Notes: generated from the sequence alone by a model not told the origin. A stretch of DNA of 64,000 nucleotides from an uncultured Chloroflexia bacterium (GCA_963810095.1 CAWEMM010000009.1:128001-192000); one strand, 5' to 3'. Shown: positions 9,781 to 19,892, counted from the stretch's first letter. Translations and numbers: made by a program.

Positions 9781-10846
9781 GTTTCGTCATCAGGCTGGCG
9801 AGCACTTGCGGGAACCTGATCCCGTGGAGCTGCAGGACCTCGGTCATGGGGAGGCCCTCGGCGGGTCCGAACGCGGTGTTGGGGTTCGCGTCGATGAAGT
9901 ATGGGATTTCCGTCAGCGGGTCGATTCGTATGTCGAACTTGGCATAGTCCTGGCAGTGCAGCACGTCGAAGGCAATCCGCGCATAGGCGGACACGTCTTG
10001 CTCGACCGCCGGGGTCACCGGGCCGTAGTGGTAGCAATCCGGGTCGCTGTAGCTTTCGAAGCTCGTGAAGAGGTACTTGCGGTCCTCGCTGGCCTTGAAA
10101 ATCTTTTCGCCGCAGAACACATGCACCTGCTCGCCGTCATCGAAGACAATGGCGGTGATCTCGGGCCCGTCGATGAAGCGCTCGACGATCACCGGCATCT
10201 TGTAAGTTTCGATGAGCAGATTGGCCTGTTCCTGGGCGGCCGCGTAGCTCTCCTTCGGGGCCTCGTTGTCGATGCCGACACTCCCGCCGCTCTCGTTGAG
10301 CTTCACGATTAGCGGCAGCTGAAGGTCTTCGCGCAGGGCTGCATCGCGCCGGCTGACCAGCTGGTAGGGCGGGGTGGGCACGTCGTTCGCATTCAGCAGT
10401 TCCTTGGCCAGGTGCCGGTCGTTCCCCAGCACCAGGCCCCGCATACCTGCGCCGGTGTACGACACGCCCGCCAACTCGAGCGCTCCGGGGATAGAGGTCT
10501 GGAGGGCGTCACTGCCGCGCAGAGTGTCCACCAGGTTGAGGATCAGGTCGGGTTGGTCGACCAGAAGCTTAGCCATGAAGTAGCGGTCGGCCCGGTAGGC
10601 TTTCGCTTTCAACCCCAGCTTCTTCAGCGCGGCCACGACGTCCTTGGCGCGCTGTTCCACCTCTACCTCGGCCTCGTAGGCTTCCTTGGTCGCGAACCAG
10701 GCGGTCTTCACGTGCGAATACGCGACCGCCACCAGGCGCAGCCGCTTGAGCGCGTCCTTGTCCACTACCAGGGTCTGGCGGCGGCCGCCCTTACGGGCTT
10801 TGCGCTTGCGGGTCTCGGGGACCGGTGATGCGTCGGTCACGTCCAA
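9743..10846 (-). CDS. Ddl-like ATP-grasp ligase (atypical N-terminus)
   Basis: YTGAG, PLIVKLNESGGSVGI, VERFIDGPEIT, KFDIRI and IDANPN motifs; lacks the N-terminal GGxSxE motif of canonical Ddl. Confidence 0.8.
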   Translation of the reverse strand: MDVTDASPVPETRKRKARKGGRRQTLVVDKDALKRLRLVAVAYSHVKTAWFATKEAYEAEVEVEQRAKDVVAALKKLGLKAKAYRADRYFMAKLLVDQPDLILNLVDTLRGSDALQTSIPGALELAGVSYTGAGMRGLVLGNDRHLAKELLNANDVPTPPYQLVSRRDAALREDLQLPLIVKLNESGGSVGIDNEAPKESYAAAQEQANLLIETYKMPVIVERFIDGPEITAIVFDDGEQVHVFCGEKIFKASEDRKYLFTSFESYSDPDCYHYGPVTPAVEQDVSAYARIAFDVLHCQDYAKFDIRIDPLTEIPYFIDANPNTAFGPAEGLPMTEVLQLHGIRFPQVLASLMTKHARRIYGPSQPG

Positions 10847-10849
10847 GTT

Positions 10850-11449
10850 CTAGCCGGCCTCTCGGCAGTCGTCCGCCTGCGACTCTTCCGGCGGCGCCAC
10901 GTCGACGCGCGCCGGGACAGCGGCCGCTGCGACAACTGCGAGAATGGCCGCGTGCGCCTCGGCCACCGAGATGTGATCGACCACGGCAGCCTCCGCGCTC
11001 AAGCGGCGGCACGCGTTGTCGAGCCACTTGCGCTCGGGATTCGTGAGCGGGCTGGTCCGCCGAACGGCCAGCAGGTCTCGGATTGCACAGGGCAGCGCTT
11101 CCGCCTCGCGCGCCTGCTCGCTCAAACGCAGCCCGGCCAACCTCTGGCGGCCGTCTTCGGGCAAGCCCGCGCTTTCGGATGCCAGGGTTTCGGCGATCAC
11201 GGCCACGCTGTTGCTCAACCGCCGCAGGCCGACCATCTGCGCCCGGCGCATGGGCACGAATAAGGTGCCTTCCCCCGTGATGTCGATTTCGTAATAGATT
11301 TCAGTCGCGCCGCCCGGGTTGGGCTCGGCCAGGTGACCCATGCCTTCGTTCCGGATGCCCCGTACGACGCCAAAACCGTACTTTGGATGATAAACCGGTT
11401 CCCCTGCATGCAGCTGTTCGTCCAACCGAAACTCGGTCGAGTTCATCAC
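10850..11449 (-). CDS. CarD family transcriptional regulator
   Basis: GEPVYHPKYGFGVV and LFVPMRRAQMVGLR motifs of the CarD/TRCF RID domain. Confidence 0.8.
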   Translation of the reverse strand: MMNSTEFRLDEQLHAGEPVYHPKYGFGVVRGIRNEGMGHLAEPNPGGATEIYYEIDITGEGTLFVPMRRAQMVGLRRLSNSVAVIAETLASESAGLPEDGRQRLAGLRLSEQAREAEALPCAIRDLLAVRRTSPLTNPERKWLDNACRRLSAEAAVVDHISVAEAHAAILAVVAAAAVPARVDVAPPEESQADDCREAG

Positions 11450-11673
11450 TACCCCTTCCCAACTGCCCGGCGCGACCCTCCGAGCCCGGGGGCCAGCCTC
11501 AACGGCAGCAACGGGAGTAGTATACTACAACCTTCGTCAGCAGTCGGTACGGAGGGATACTGAAGAGTTGGCGCCAAGTGGTATGTTGATTGTTTTCCAC
11601 CCGTACGGCACCCCTGGCGGGGCCGTGGAAGCGCCTAAAGATGGCGGCACTTGCCCCAGGAGCACGCTCGTAC

Positions 11674-13046
11674 GAGAGTGTTGGATAACGTGGCAGAGGA
11701 AGGGCAAAGGCACCCTGTCGCGGCGAAGGTAGCGGTTTCAGGAGTGCTGAAGGTCGTTACGGGTGCAAAAGAGGGCGCTGGGAGGTGCGTGTGAGGCTGG
11801 CCGGGCGGTCAGTGGGCGCGCCAAAGCCAAGGGGTTAGCCGGCGCGCACGGGGGCCAGACGCTGCGTGGGGCGCAAGCGCACGCCGGTCAGCAGCGTGAC
11901 GATGCGCTTCAGGTTCAGCACCAGGGCCGTCAGCTGGGCTTGGACCCCGTAGCGCAGCAGGCCGAGGTAGCGGCAGCGGCCAAAGCCGTGCCAGCGTTTG
12001 GCCTCGCCAAACTTGCGCTCAATCTTGTAGCGTTCGGCGCGCCCGGCTTGGTATTCCGGCGAGTCCTTGAGCTGCTGCCAAGCGTCCCGGTGTTCGTTAC
12101 TCGCCGCCGTGCGGTAGTCATTCAGGGTCAGGGCCGAATGCTTGCCTTGGGCCGCAAGCCGGTAATGCAGATCGGTGTCATCGTAGGCCTTGTCGCCCGC
12201 ATAGATCTCGGCGGTGACGCCAACCTCGGCATCGTGGGCCAGCAGCTGCGGCAACTGCTTGTTGTCCGCCGCACTGCCGCCCGTCGGCTCGAGGGTCGTG
12301 ATCAAGCCGGTTTCGGCGTTGACACTGACATGGCTCTTGTAGCCCAAGTACTGCATGTCCTGCATCTGCAGCTTGCCATCCGGCCCGGTCTTGCGGCGCT
12401 TGCCTTTCTTGACCAGCTGCGCCTGCTTATCCCGCGGCGGTCGGCCCTGCGCTTGGCGCTGCCGGTCGGCATCGTTGTCCACGTCGGCCACCGTGTGCAC
12501 GCTGTCGACCACCTGGATCTTGCCCAGCTGAATCCCGGCGGCTTGGGCTTGGCGCAGCACGCTATCGCCGATGGCCTGCAACTGCTGCCAGCCGTTGGCT
12601 TCCCGCAGCCGCTTGTTGAACTCGCTCGAGCGTACTGTGATCCGGCGCCAGTTCGTCCACCGCCAGCCCGACGAACTCCTTGATCGCCAGGTTGAGGTTG
12701 GTCGCCTCCTCCACCTGCCGCTCCGAGAAGCGGTACAGATAGGCGATCACCAGCATCTTGAGGATCGTCACCGGCGGATACGGCGGCCGCCCGTCTTCCG
12801 CCAAGCCCTTGTACGCCGGCAGGAGGATCTCCGTAAAGCTGTCCCAGTCGATGACGCGGTTCAACTGCACGAGGAAGTGGTCCCGGGGCACCACCCGCTC
12901 GTAAATCGGCGCGCCAAAGAACGAGCCTAAACCTAACTGCTTGAAGTGCTTCTCGGCCATCGTTACCCTCCTGATCGGCTGCGATGACCTCATTGTAAGC
13001 ACTTCCCAAAATCACGCGAGTTTTCGGGGAGTTATCCAACACTCTC
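11674..13046 (-). mobile_element. complete insertion sequence (IS5/IS1182-like, 1373 bp)
   Basis: Perfect 16-bp TIRs GAGAGTGTTGGATAAC (11674-11689 and 13031-13046), flanked by a 9-bp direct repeat CGCTCGTAC (11665-11673 and 13047-13055); encodes a DDE transposase. Confidence 0.93.
11835..12960 (-). CDS. DDE transposase (DUF772 + DDE_Tnp_1), frameshift near 12625
   Basis: GRPPYPP...PDHSTL in one frame; VVDSVH, GYKSH, AGDKAYD and RYKIERKFGEAKRWHG in the next. Confidence 0.88.
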
Positions 13047-13060
13047 CGCTCGTACGGGAC

Positions 13061-13089
13061 TTGCACTTTCCTGTAATGCGTGATATGAT
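13061..13089 (+). promoter_or_regulatory. sigma70 promoter of the zinc-ribbon gene
   Basis: TTGCAC, 17 nt, TATGAT, with an extended -10 TG. Confidence 0.7.
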
Positions 13090-13224
13090 GTTTTCAATTC
13101 AAAGAAATCCGTGGTTCGGTTCCCGTCAGGCGATGTGTTTGCGTCTTGGACACATGCCTCGCTTGCTCCCGTGCTGATGGATAACTCGTTGAATGCATCA
13201 TCAACAGGAGTTAGCGAAACTAAC

Positions 13225-13578
13225 ATGGCAGATCAAACCCTCACTTGTTCGGACTGCGGGACGCAGTTCCAGTTCACCGAGAGCGAACAGGAATTCTACC
13301 AATCCAAGGGCTTCAGCGCCCCGAGCCGGTGCCCGTCTTGTCGGGCCGCCCGCAAGGCTGCCCGCGAAGGCGGCAGTGGTTATGGCAGCGCTTCCCGCTA
13401 CGGCGAGCGCCAGATGTACCCCGCGGTGTGCGCCCAGTGCGGTAAGGACACGCAGGTGCCCTTCCAGCCGCGTGGCGACAAGCCCGTGTACTGCTCGGAC
13501 TGCTACCGCGCCCAGCAGGGTGGCAGCAGCAGCAGCTACGGCAGCCGCAACCGCTCGGGTGGCAGCAGCCGGTACTAA
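13225..13578 (+). CDS. zinc-ribbon + CxxC-x17-CxxC domain protein
   Basis: LTCSDCG...RCPSC and VCAQCG...PVYCSDC zinc motifs, Gly/Ser/Arg-rich tail; RBS AGGAG. Confidence 0.88.
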   Translation: MADQTLTCSDCGTQFQFTESEQEFYQSKGFSAPSRCPSCRAARKAAREGGSGYGSASRYGERQMYPAVCAQCGKDTQVPFQPRGDKPVYCSDCYRAQQGGSSSSYGSRNRSGGSSRY

Positions 13579-13684
13579 GCCGGTCGCACCGCGCGAGAGC
13601 GGATCGGGCCGCCAAGGCCCGGTTCGCACGCAGGCCCCGCATTCGGGTTAAGCCCGAACTGCGCGGGCAGCTCATATAAACGAA

Positions 13685-13722
13685 GAAAGACCGGGTCCCG
13701 AACTTGGACCTGGTCTTTTTTT
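13685..13722 (+). terminator. intrinsic terminator
   Basis: Stem AGACCGGGTCC/GGACCTGGTCT followed by a T-run. Confidence 0.85.
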
Positions 13723-13760
13723 GATTCCGGTCTCAAGCTCGCAGCACATCACTCCAGCTC

Positions 13761-13816
13761 TGCACCACTAATACATCCTTTTGGGTCTCCCTCGCCAACC
13801 GACATTGCGGTATCCT
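13761..13816 (+). promoter_or_regulatory. island motif site 1 plus -10 (upstream of argF)
   Basis: TGCACCA-CTAA-TACATCC-TTTT-GGGTCT, 22 nt, TATCCT. Confidence 0.75.
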
Positions 13817-14001
13817 CTGAGAAGCAGGCCCAGCGCCCTCTGGCTGGGGGCTGTTCCGCAGGCGGCGCGATTTGCTTTTTCGCGCCTTGCGACTGAGGAT
13901 TAAGCGTCGAGGATCGGGCCGTGAGCACGGTCTCTCGGGACTCCGAACTTGGTGCGCGCGACCCTCAATCATACTTGCTACGCAGAAGGAGAAGCTCACT
14001 C

Positions 14002-15003
14002 ATGGCATTTAACCTGCGGAACCGCAACTATCTGAAAGAGCTGGACTTCACCCCGGAAGAACTCAGGTTCCTGCTCAAGCTGTCTGCCGATCTCAAGGCC
14101 GCGAAATACGGCGGCTACGAACAGCCTCGCCTCAAGGGGAAGAACATTGCGCTCATCTTCGAGAAGTCGTCGACCCGCACCCGCTGTGCGTTCGAGGTAG
14201 CGGCCTACGACCAGGGCGCGCACGTGACGTATCTTGGGCCAGAGGGCTCGCAGATCGGGCACAAGGAGTCGATGAAGGATACGGCGCGGGTCTTGGGCCA
14301 CATGTACGACGGGATCGAGTACCGGGGCTTTGGGCAGGAGACGGTGGAAATCCTCGGCCGGTATGCAGGCGTGCCCGTGTGGAACGGTCTGACGAACGAG
14401 TTTCATCCGACGCAGTCCCTGTGCGACGTGCTGACGATGGTCGAGCACAGCAACAAGCCGCCGAGCAAGATCGCCTATTGTTACCTGGGCGACGCGCGCT
14501 TCAATATGGGCAACTCGTTGATGGTGATGGGCTGCAAGATGGGCATGGACGTTCGCCTCTGCGCGCCCCGCCCACTATGGCCGGCCGACGAGCTGGTGGC
14601 GGCGGCCAGGCAGGTGGCCGCGCAGACCGGCGCCCGCCTCACGCTGACCGAGAACGTCGAAGAAGGCATCCAAGGTGTGGACTACATCCATACCGACGTG
14701 TGGGTGTCGATGGGCGAACCGAAGGAAGTCTGGGACGAGCGCATCAAGCTGCTCAAGCCGTACCAGGTGAACGCGGACGTGATCAGCAGGACCGGGAACC
14801 CGCAGGTGAAGTTCATGCACTGTCTCCCCGCATTCCATAACCGGGAGACGAAAGTTGGCGAAGACATCTACCAGAAGACGGGGCTTGATGCGCTTGAAGT
14901 GACCGACGAGGTTTTCGAGTCGGAACGGTCGATCGTGTTCGAACAGGCCGAGAACCGCATGCATACGATCAAAGCGATCATGGTCGCGACGCTCGGAAAC
15001 TGA
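14002..15003 (+). CDS. argF: ornithine carbamoyltransferase
   Basis: [30 protein letters not shown] and AENRMH motifs. Confidence 0.95.
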   Translation: MAFNLRNRNYLKELDFTPEELRFLLKLSADLKAAKYGGYEQPRLKGKNIALIFEKSSTRTRCAFEVAAYDQGAHVTYLGPEGSQIGHKESMKDTARVLGHMYDGIEYRGFGQETVEILGRYAGVPVWNGLTNEFHPTQSLCDVLTMVEHSNKPPSKIAYCYLGDARFNMGNSLMVMGCKMGMDVRLCAPRPLWPADELVAAARQVAAQTGARLTLTENVEEGIQGVDYIHTDVWVSMGEPKEVWDERIKLLKPYQVNADVISRTGNPQVKFMHCLPAFHNRETKVGEDIYQKTGLDALEVTDEVFESERSIVFEQAENRMHTIKAIMVATLGN

Positions 15004-15133
15004 GGGCAGGGCAAACGCAGCCCTACTGACCCCCCGTATGCCGCCGGCTGTGCGAACCGCGGCCGGCGGTATGACCGCTTACCCGATTGCATCGTTCCGC
15101 CGCCGATCATTTATCTCACTGAGGAGGACAGGC

Positions 15134-15994
15134 ATGAGCCAAAGGAACTGGCTGTCGACGATGATGCTGGCAGTGCTCTTGCTGGCGCTTGTGGGCTGCA
15201 CGCCCCCACCTGCGGCGCCGGCGCCGGCTCCCACTTCCGCACCGGCGAGCAATGCAGAGCCCGCCGCGGGATCGCCGCCGGGCCAGGGCCTGCCGGGCTC
15301 GGAGTGGCAGCTTGACGCGATGTTTGGGGGGCCGGCTGCGGTGCCGGTGGTGCCCGGTAGCGTTCCAACGCTGGCCTTCGCAGAGAACCGCTATCTTGGC
15401 TTCGGCGGGTGTAACTGGTATCAGGGGCTCTTTGTCCTGCGCGGGACCAATGGTCTCCAGTTCAACGGGCCCGCGACGACGCGCTTCGGCTGCACCGCGA
15501 ATACGCCGACTTCCGTGCAGGAAGCCACCCTCATCCCCATGCTGACCAGCATCGCCAAGTACGACATCAAGGACGGCAAGCTGCGGATGTTCATGGGCGA
15601 CGACACGCTGCTGTTGACCTTTACACAGCTCCAGCCCGTACCGCTGGAGGGCACCCCCTGGTTGCTCAATTTCTACTTCTCCCAGCCGACTGCCATGTGG
15701 ACGCCGCCGCTCGTCGGCACGATGCCCACCTTGCGCTTTGAGGGCGGGCAGGTGAGCGGCAACACCGGCTGCAACGATTTCACCGGCAAGTACGATCTGC
15801 AGGGTGACCAACTGAAGATCAGCAACCTGGCGACGACGAAAAAGACTTGCGACCAGCCCAACGGCATCATGACCCAGGAGCAGGCCTACCTGTCCACGCT
15901 TCAGAGCGCGACGACGCTCCAGAAGTTCCCGCGCACGGTCCAGCTGCTGGGGAGCGACGGCCAGCCGCTGCTGATCTACAACACCGGCAAGTAA
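15134..15994 (+). CDS. lipoprotein with two META (HslJ) domains
   Basis: Lipobox LVGC; two GxxGCN...TxxxC META repeats. Confidence 0.85.
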   Translation: MSQRNWLSTMMLAVLLLALVGCTPPPAAPAPAPTSAPASNAEPAAGSPPGQGLPGSEWQLDAMFGGPAAVPVVPGSVPTLAFAENRYLGFGGCNWYQGLFVLRGTNGLQFNGPATTRFGCTANTPTSVQEATLIPMLTSIAKYDIKDGKLRMFMGDDTLLLTFTQLQPVPLEGTPWLLNFYFSQPTAMWTPPLVGTMPTLRFEGGQVSGNTGCNDFTGKYDLQGDQLKISNLATTKKTCDQPNGIMTQEQAYLSTLQSATTLQKFPRTVQLLGSDGQPLLIYNTGK

Positions 15995-16036
15995 ACCCTG
16001 GGGGGCCCGCGCTTTGCGGCGGGTAAGGAGGCGAGT

Positions 16037-16963
16037 GTGGCTAAGGACAAGAAGGACAAGAAGGACAAGAGGGACAAACACAAGGGCAAGCTCGACACCA
16101 AGCCCGAGGCCGCGCAGGTCGCGGAGCCGGGCGGCGGCGCGCCGGCCATCGTTTCCGCAGCGCCGCAGGAGGCCGGCTGGGACGACAAGCCCAAAATGAA
16201 GAAGAAGGAGTACGAGGCGGAACTGGAGCGGCTCCAGGTCGAACTCGTCAAGATGCAGGAGTGGGTGAAGGCCACGAACGCCAAGGTCTGCGTTCTCTTC
16301 GAGGGCCGCGACGCGGCCGGCAAGGGCGGCATCATTAAGGCCATCTCCGAGCGCACCAGCCCCCGGGTGGTCAGGGTCGTGGCCCTGGCTTCGCCCACCG
16401 AGCGCGAGAAGTCGCAGATGTACTTCCAGCGTTACATGCCCCACCTGCCGGCCGGAGGCGAAATGGTGCTTTTCGACCGCAGTTGGTACAACCGGGCGGG
16501 GGTCGAGCGCGTCATGGGCTTCGCGACCGAAGAGCAGGTGGCGAGCTTCCTGAAGTTTGCGCCGGCGGTGGAACGGGCCATCGTCGCGTCCGGGGTCATC
16601 CTCGTCAAGTACTGGCTTGAAGAGACCATGGAGGACCAGACCGAACGGTTCGAGGAGCGCATCCACGACTACAAGAAGATCTGGAAGCTGAGCCCGATGG
16701 ACCTGGAAAGCCACCGCCGCTGGTATGACTATTCGCGGGCGCGCGATGCGATGTTTGCGGCCACCGACTGCCCGGAAACGCCCTGGTACGTGGTGGACTC
16801 GCACGACCAGAAACGCGGCCGGCTAAATTGCATCAGTCATCTCCTCAGCCTTGTGCCCTATCACGAGGTGCCACACGAAGAAGTGGTCTTGCCGAAGCGC
16901 CAGGACAAGGGCGATTACGAGAACCCGAACCATCCATTCCGGTGGGTGCCGGCCAAATACTAA
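16037..16963 (+). CDS. ppk2: polyphosphate kinase 2
   Basis: FEGRDAAGKGG, LFDRSWYNR and WKLSPMD motifs; N-terminal KDK tandem repeat. Confidence 0.95.
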   Translation: MAKDKKDKKDKRDKHKGKLDTKPEAAQVAEPGGGAPAIVSAAPQEAGWDDKPKMKKKEYEAELERLQVELVKMQEWVKATNAKVCVLFEGRDAAGKGGIIKAISERTSPRVVRVVALASPTEREKSQMYFQRYMPHLPAGGEMVLFDRSWYNRAGVERVMGFATEEQVASFLKFAPAVERAIVASGVILVKYWLEETMEDQTERFEERIHDYKKIWKLSPMDLESHRRWYDYSRARDAMFAATDCPETPWYVVDSHDQKRGRLNCISHLLSLVPYHEVPHEEVVLPKRQDKGDYENPNHPFRWVPAKY

Positions 16964-16999
16964 GCCTCCGGTCATTACGGGAGAGGAGTTGATCCGATC

Positions 17000-19762
17000 A
17001 TGGCAGATGGCTCTCAACAATCAAAGTGGTACACCTTGGGGCCGGACGCAGTGGCCCGCGAACTCAAGGTCGACCCGGCAAAAGGGTTGAGTTCGGCCGA
17101 GGCGCAGCAGCGCCTGCAGCAGTACGGGCCCAACCAGCTTGCCGCCAAGAAAAAGGAGCCCGGCTGGCTGTCGTTCGTGCGCCAGTACAAGGACTTCATG
17201 CAGATCATCCTGATCGGCGCGGCGGTGATCAATCTGATCTTCACCCAGGACCTCCGCACGTCCGTGATGCTGGTCGTCCTCACCATCTTCAACGCTGTGA
17301 TGAGCCTGCGCCAGGAGTCCAAGGCCGAGGCTAGCCTGGCCGCGCTCGAGAAGATGATGAAGAACATCGCCCGGGTGCGGCGTGACGGCCAGGCGATCGA
17401 GATCGAGGCCGAAGCGATTGTGCCCGGCGATATCGTGCTGATGGAGGCCGGCAACCGGGTGCCTGCCGACGGCCGTCTCTTCGTCACGGCGACCCTCGAG
17501 ATCGAGGAGGCCGCGCTGACGGGCGAGAGTGTCGCCTCGCCGAAGGACACGGAGACGATTGAGAAGGCGGACGCTGCGCTTGGCGACCGCCACTGCATGG
17601 CCTACATGAACACCGCGGTCACCCGGGGCCGGGGCGAGATGATCGTCACGACGACGGGCATGGGCACCGAGATGGGCCACATCGCCGACCTGCTGAACAA
17701 GACTGAAGCGGACAAGACGCCGCTGCAGAAGCAGCTCGACCGCCTGACCATCATCATCGCCGGCATCGCCGGCCTCGCGTTTATCGTCATGTTGATCCTT
17801 GGCCTGGCGCGCGGCCAATCCTTCGACTCCGTCTTCGTCGCCGGCATCGCGCTGGCTATTTCGGCCATCCCGACCGGCCTCCCGGCGGTGGTGACGACGC
17901 TTTACTCCATGGGCACGCAGGTGCTGGCAAGTCAGAACGCGATCGTCAAGCGGCTGCCTTCCGTCGAGACGCTCGGGTCGGTCTCGGCAATCTGCTCGGA
18001 CAAGACGGGCACCCTCACGCTCAACAAGATGACGGCCCGCGAGTTCACGGTGCCGGGCCAGAACCACTACAAGGTAACCGGCGAGGGTTACAGCACGCAG
18101 GGCCAGCTGCTGCATGACGGCGGCGCAAAGATCGACCTCGACGAAATTCTGCTGCCCATGGCGCTCTGCGCAGATGCTCGCCTCGACGGGACGGACCTCA
18201 TCGGGGATCCGACCGAGGGTGCACTGATCGTGTTGGCCGAAAAGGGCGGCATCAGCGTCGAAGGGGCCCGCCAGAAGTACCCTCGTATCGCCGAAGTCCC
18301 GTTCGACTCGGACTACAAGTTCATGGCGACCTTCCATAACATGACGAATGCGGAAGGCAAGCCCGTCGTGCGCTGCTTCGTGAAGGGCGCGCCCGACGTG
18401 CTCATCGCCCGCAGTAATTCGCTGTGGGTGCCCGGCGGCCAGGTTCTCGTCGGCGACGAGGAGAAGGGCCGGCTGGCGCTGGCAGAGAACGAGCGCATGG
18501 CGAAGGCCGGCGAGCGCGTCATGGTGGTGTCGCGCCGCGACTTCGATCCCGCCACCTTCGACCCGAAGGGCCCGGCCGGCGACGGCAAGCTGCTGCCCCT
18601 CGTGCAAGACCTGACGTTCCTCGCCATGGTCGGCATCGTCGATCCGCCGCGTGCGGAGGCGAAGGCCGCCATCGCCAAGTGCCACAGCGCGGGCATCCAG
18701 GTCCGCATGATTACGGGCGACCATGCGGTGACGGCCGCGGCCATCGGCCACGAGCTGGGCATCGAGGGCAAGGCGCTGACGGGCGCGCAGTTCGCCGCCA
18801 TGAGCGACGACGACCTGAAGAAGGACCTCGACAACATCGGCGTGATTGCCCGGGTGGCGCCCGAGGACAAAATCCGGCTGGTGCGCCTGCTCCAGGAGCA
18901 GCAAAACATCGTCGCCATGACCGGCGACGGCGTAAACGATGCGCCGGCGCTGAAGAAGGCCGACATTGGCGTCGCGATGGGCATCACGGGTACGGAGGTC
19001 TCCAAGGGCGCGGCGGTCATGATCCTGACCGACGACAACTTCGCAACCATCGTGAAGGCGGTGGAGTTCGGCCGGGCCATCTACGACAACCTGGCGAAGT
19101 ACATCCGCTTCCAGATGACCGCGCTCGTCGCATTCATCGCCTCCTACCTGGGTGCGGCGTTGTTCCTCATCGCGGGCGGCGTGCCGTTCTCGCCCCAGGT
19201 CGTCTTGTGGATCAACTTCCTCGTCCAGGTGCCGATCGCGATTGCGCTCGGCTTCGACAAACCGTCACCCGGCCTCATGGATCGCAAACCGCGGCCGCTC
19301 AGCCAGCCGGTAATGAACCGGGCGCAGTGGAGCCGTGCCATCTTCATCGGCTTGCTGATGACGGTCGGCACCCTCGTGTTCGAAGCAATTGGTTCCCAGT
19401 ACGCGACGCCGCTCATGTTCACCATGGGCTTTGCGGTGTTCTCGCTGTTCAACATTGTGATGGGGTTGGCCGTGCGCAGCGAAACTGACACGGTGTTCAC
19501 CCGGGACATCTTTTCCGACCGGCGCCAGCTGGGGCTGTACGGCCTTGCCCTGCTGTTGACCTTGCTGCCCACCGAGTTGGCGTTCCTCCGCGACCGGTTC
19601 GGCCTGACCGGCCTCACCATGCAGCAATGGCTGATCTGCGCCGCGGCTGCGTTTGCCTTGTTGCTCGTCACCGAGATCATGAAGGTCTTTCTCCGGCGGG
19701 GCCGCAAGCAAGCGGCTGCGCAGGCTGAAGCCGTCCCGGTTTCGGGGCCGCAGCCCGCATAA
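17000..19762 (+). CDS. cation-transporting P-type ATPase (type IIA-like)
   Basis: LTGES, DKTGTLT, KGAPD, MITGD and MTGDGVNDAPAL motifs; IPTGL in place of PEGL. Confidence 0.95.
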   Translation: MADGSQQSKWYTLGPDAVARELKVDPAKGLSSAEAQQRLQQYGPNQLAAKKKEPGWLSFVRQYKDFMQIILIGAAVINLIFTQDLRTSVMLVVLTIFNAVMSLRQESKAEASLAALEKMMKNIARVRRDGQAIEIEAEAIVPGDIVLMEAGNRVPADGRLFVTATLEIEEAALTGESVASPKDTETIEKADAALGDRHCMAYMNTAVTRGRGEMIVTTTGMGTEMGHIADLLNKTEADKTPLQKQLDRLTIIIAGIAGLAFIVMLILGLARGQSFDSVFVAGIALAISAIPTGLPAVVTTLYSMGTQVLASQNAIVKRLPSVETLGSVSAICSDKTGTLTLNKMTAREFTVPGQNHYKVTGEGYSTQGQLLHDGGAKIDLDEILLPMALCADARLDGTDLIGDPTEGALIVLAEKGGISVEGARQKYPRIAEVPFDSDYKFMATFHNMTNAEGKPVVRCFVKGAPDVLIARSNSLWVPGGQVLVGDEEKGRLALAENERMAKAGERVMVVSRRDFDPATFDPKGPAGDGKLLPLVQDLTFLAMVGIVDPPRAEAKAAIAKCHSAGIQVRMITGDHAVTAAAIGHELGIEGKALTGAQFAAMSDDDLKKDLDNIGVIARVAPEDKIRLVRLLQEQQNIVAMTGDGVNDAPALKKADIGVAMGITGTEVSKGAAVMILTDDNFATIVKAVEFGRAIYDNLAKYIRFQMTALVAFIASYLGAALFLIAGGVPFSPQVVLWINFLVQVPIAIALGFDKPSPGLMDRKPRPLSQPVMNRAQWSRAIFIGLLMTVGTLVFEAIGSQYATPLMFTMGFAVFSLFNIVMGLAVRSETDTVFTRDIFSDRRQLGLYGLALLLTLLPTELAFLRDRFGLTGLTMQQWLICAAAAFALLLVTEIMKVFLRRGRKQAAAQAEAVPVSGPQPA

Positions 19763-19892
19763 CAGACCTGCGCCCGCCGGGGTCGCGACAGCTCCATGCC
19801 GCGGTCCCGGGGGCGCCCATCCCTGTTTCGATCAACCTGCCCAGGTTGTGAGATAGTTCGTTTGAAGCACATCTATCAAAGGAGTTGCAGTC

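Noticed and set aside
9743-10846. Calling the ATP-grasp gene ddl
   Set aside because: The canonical N-terminal D-Ala-binding motif and cell-wall context are missing, so no gene symbol was assigned.
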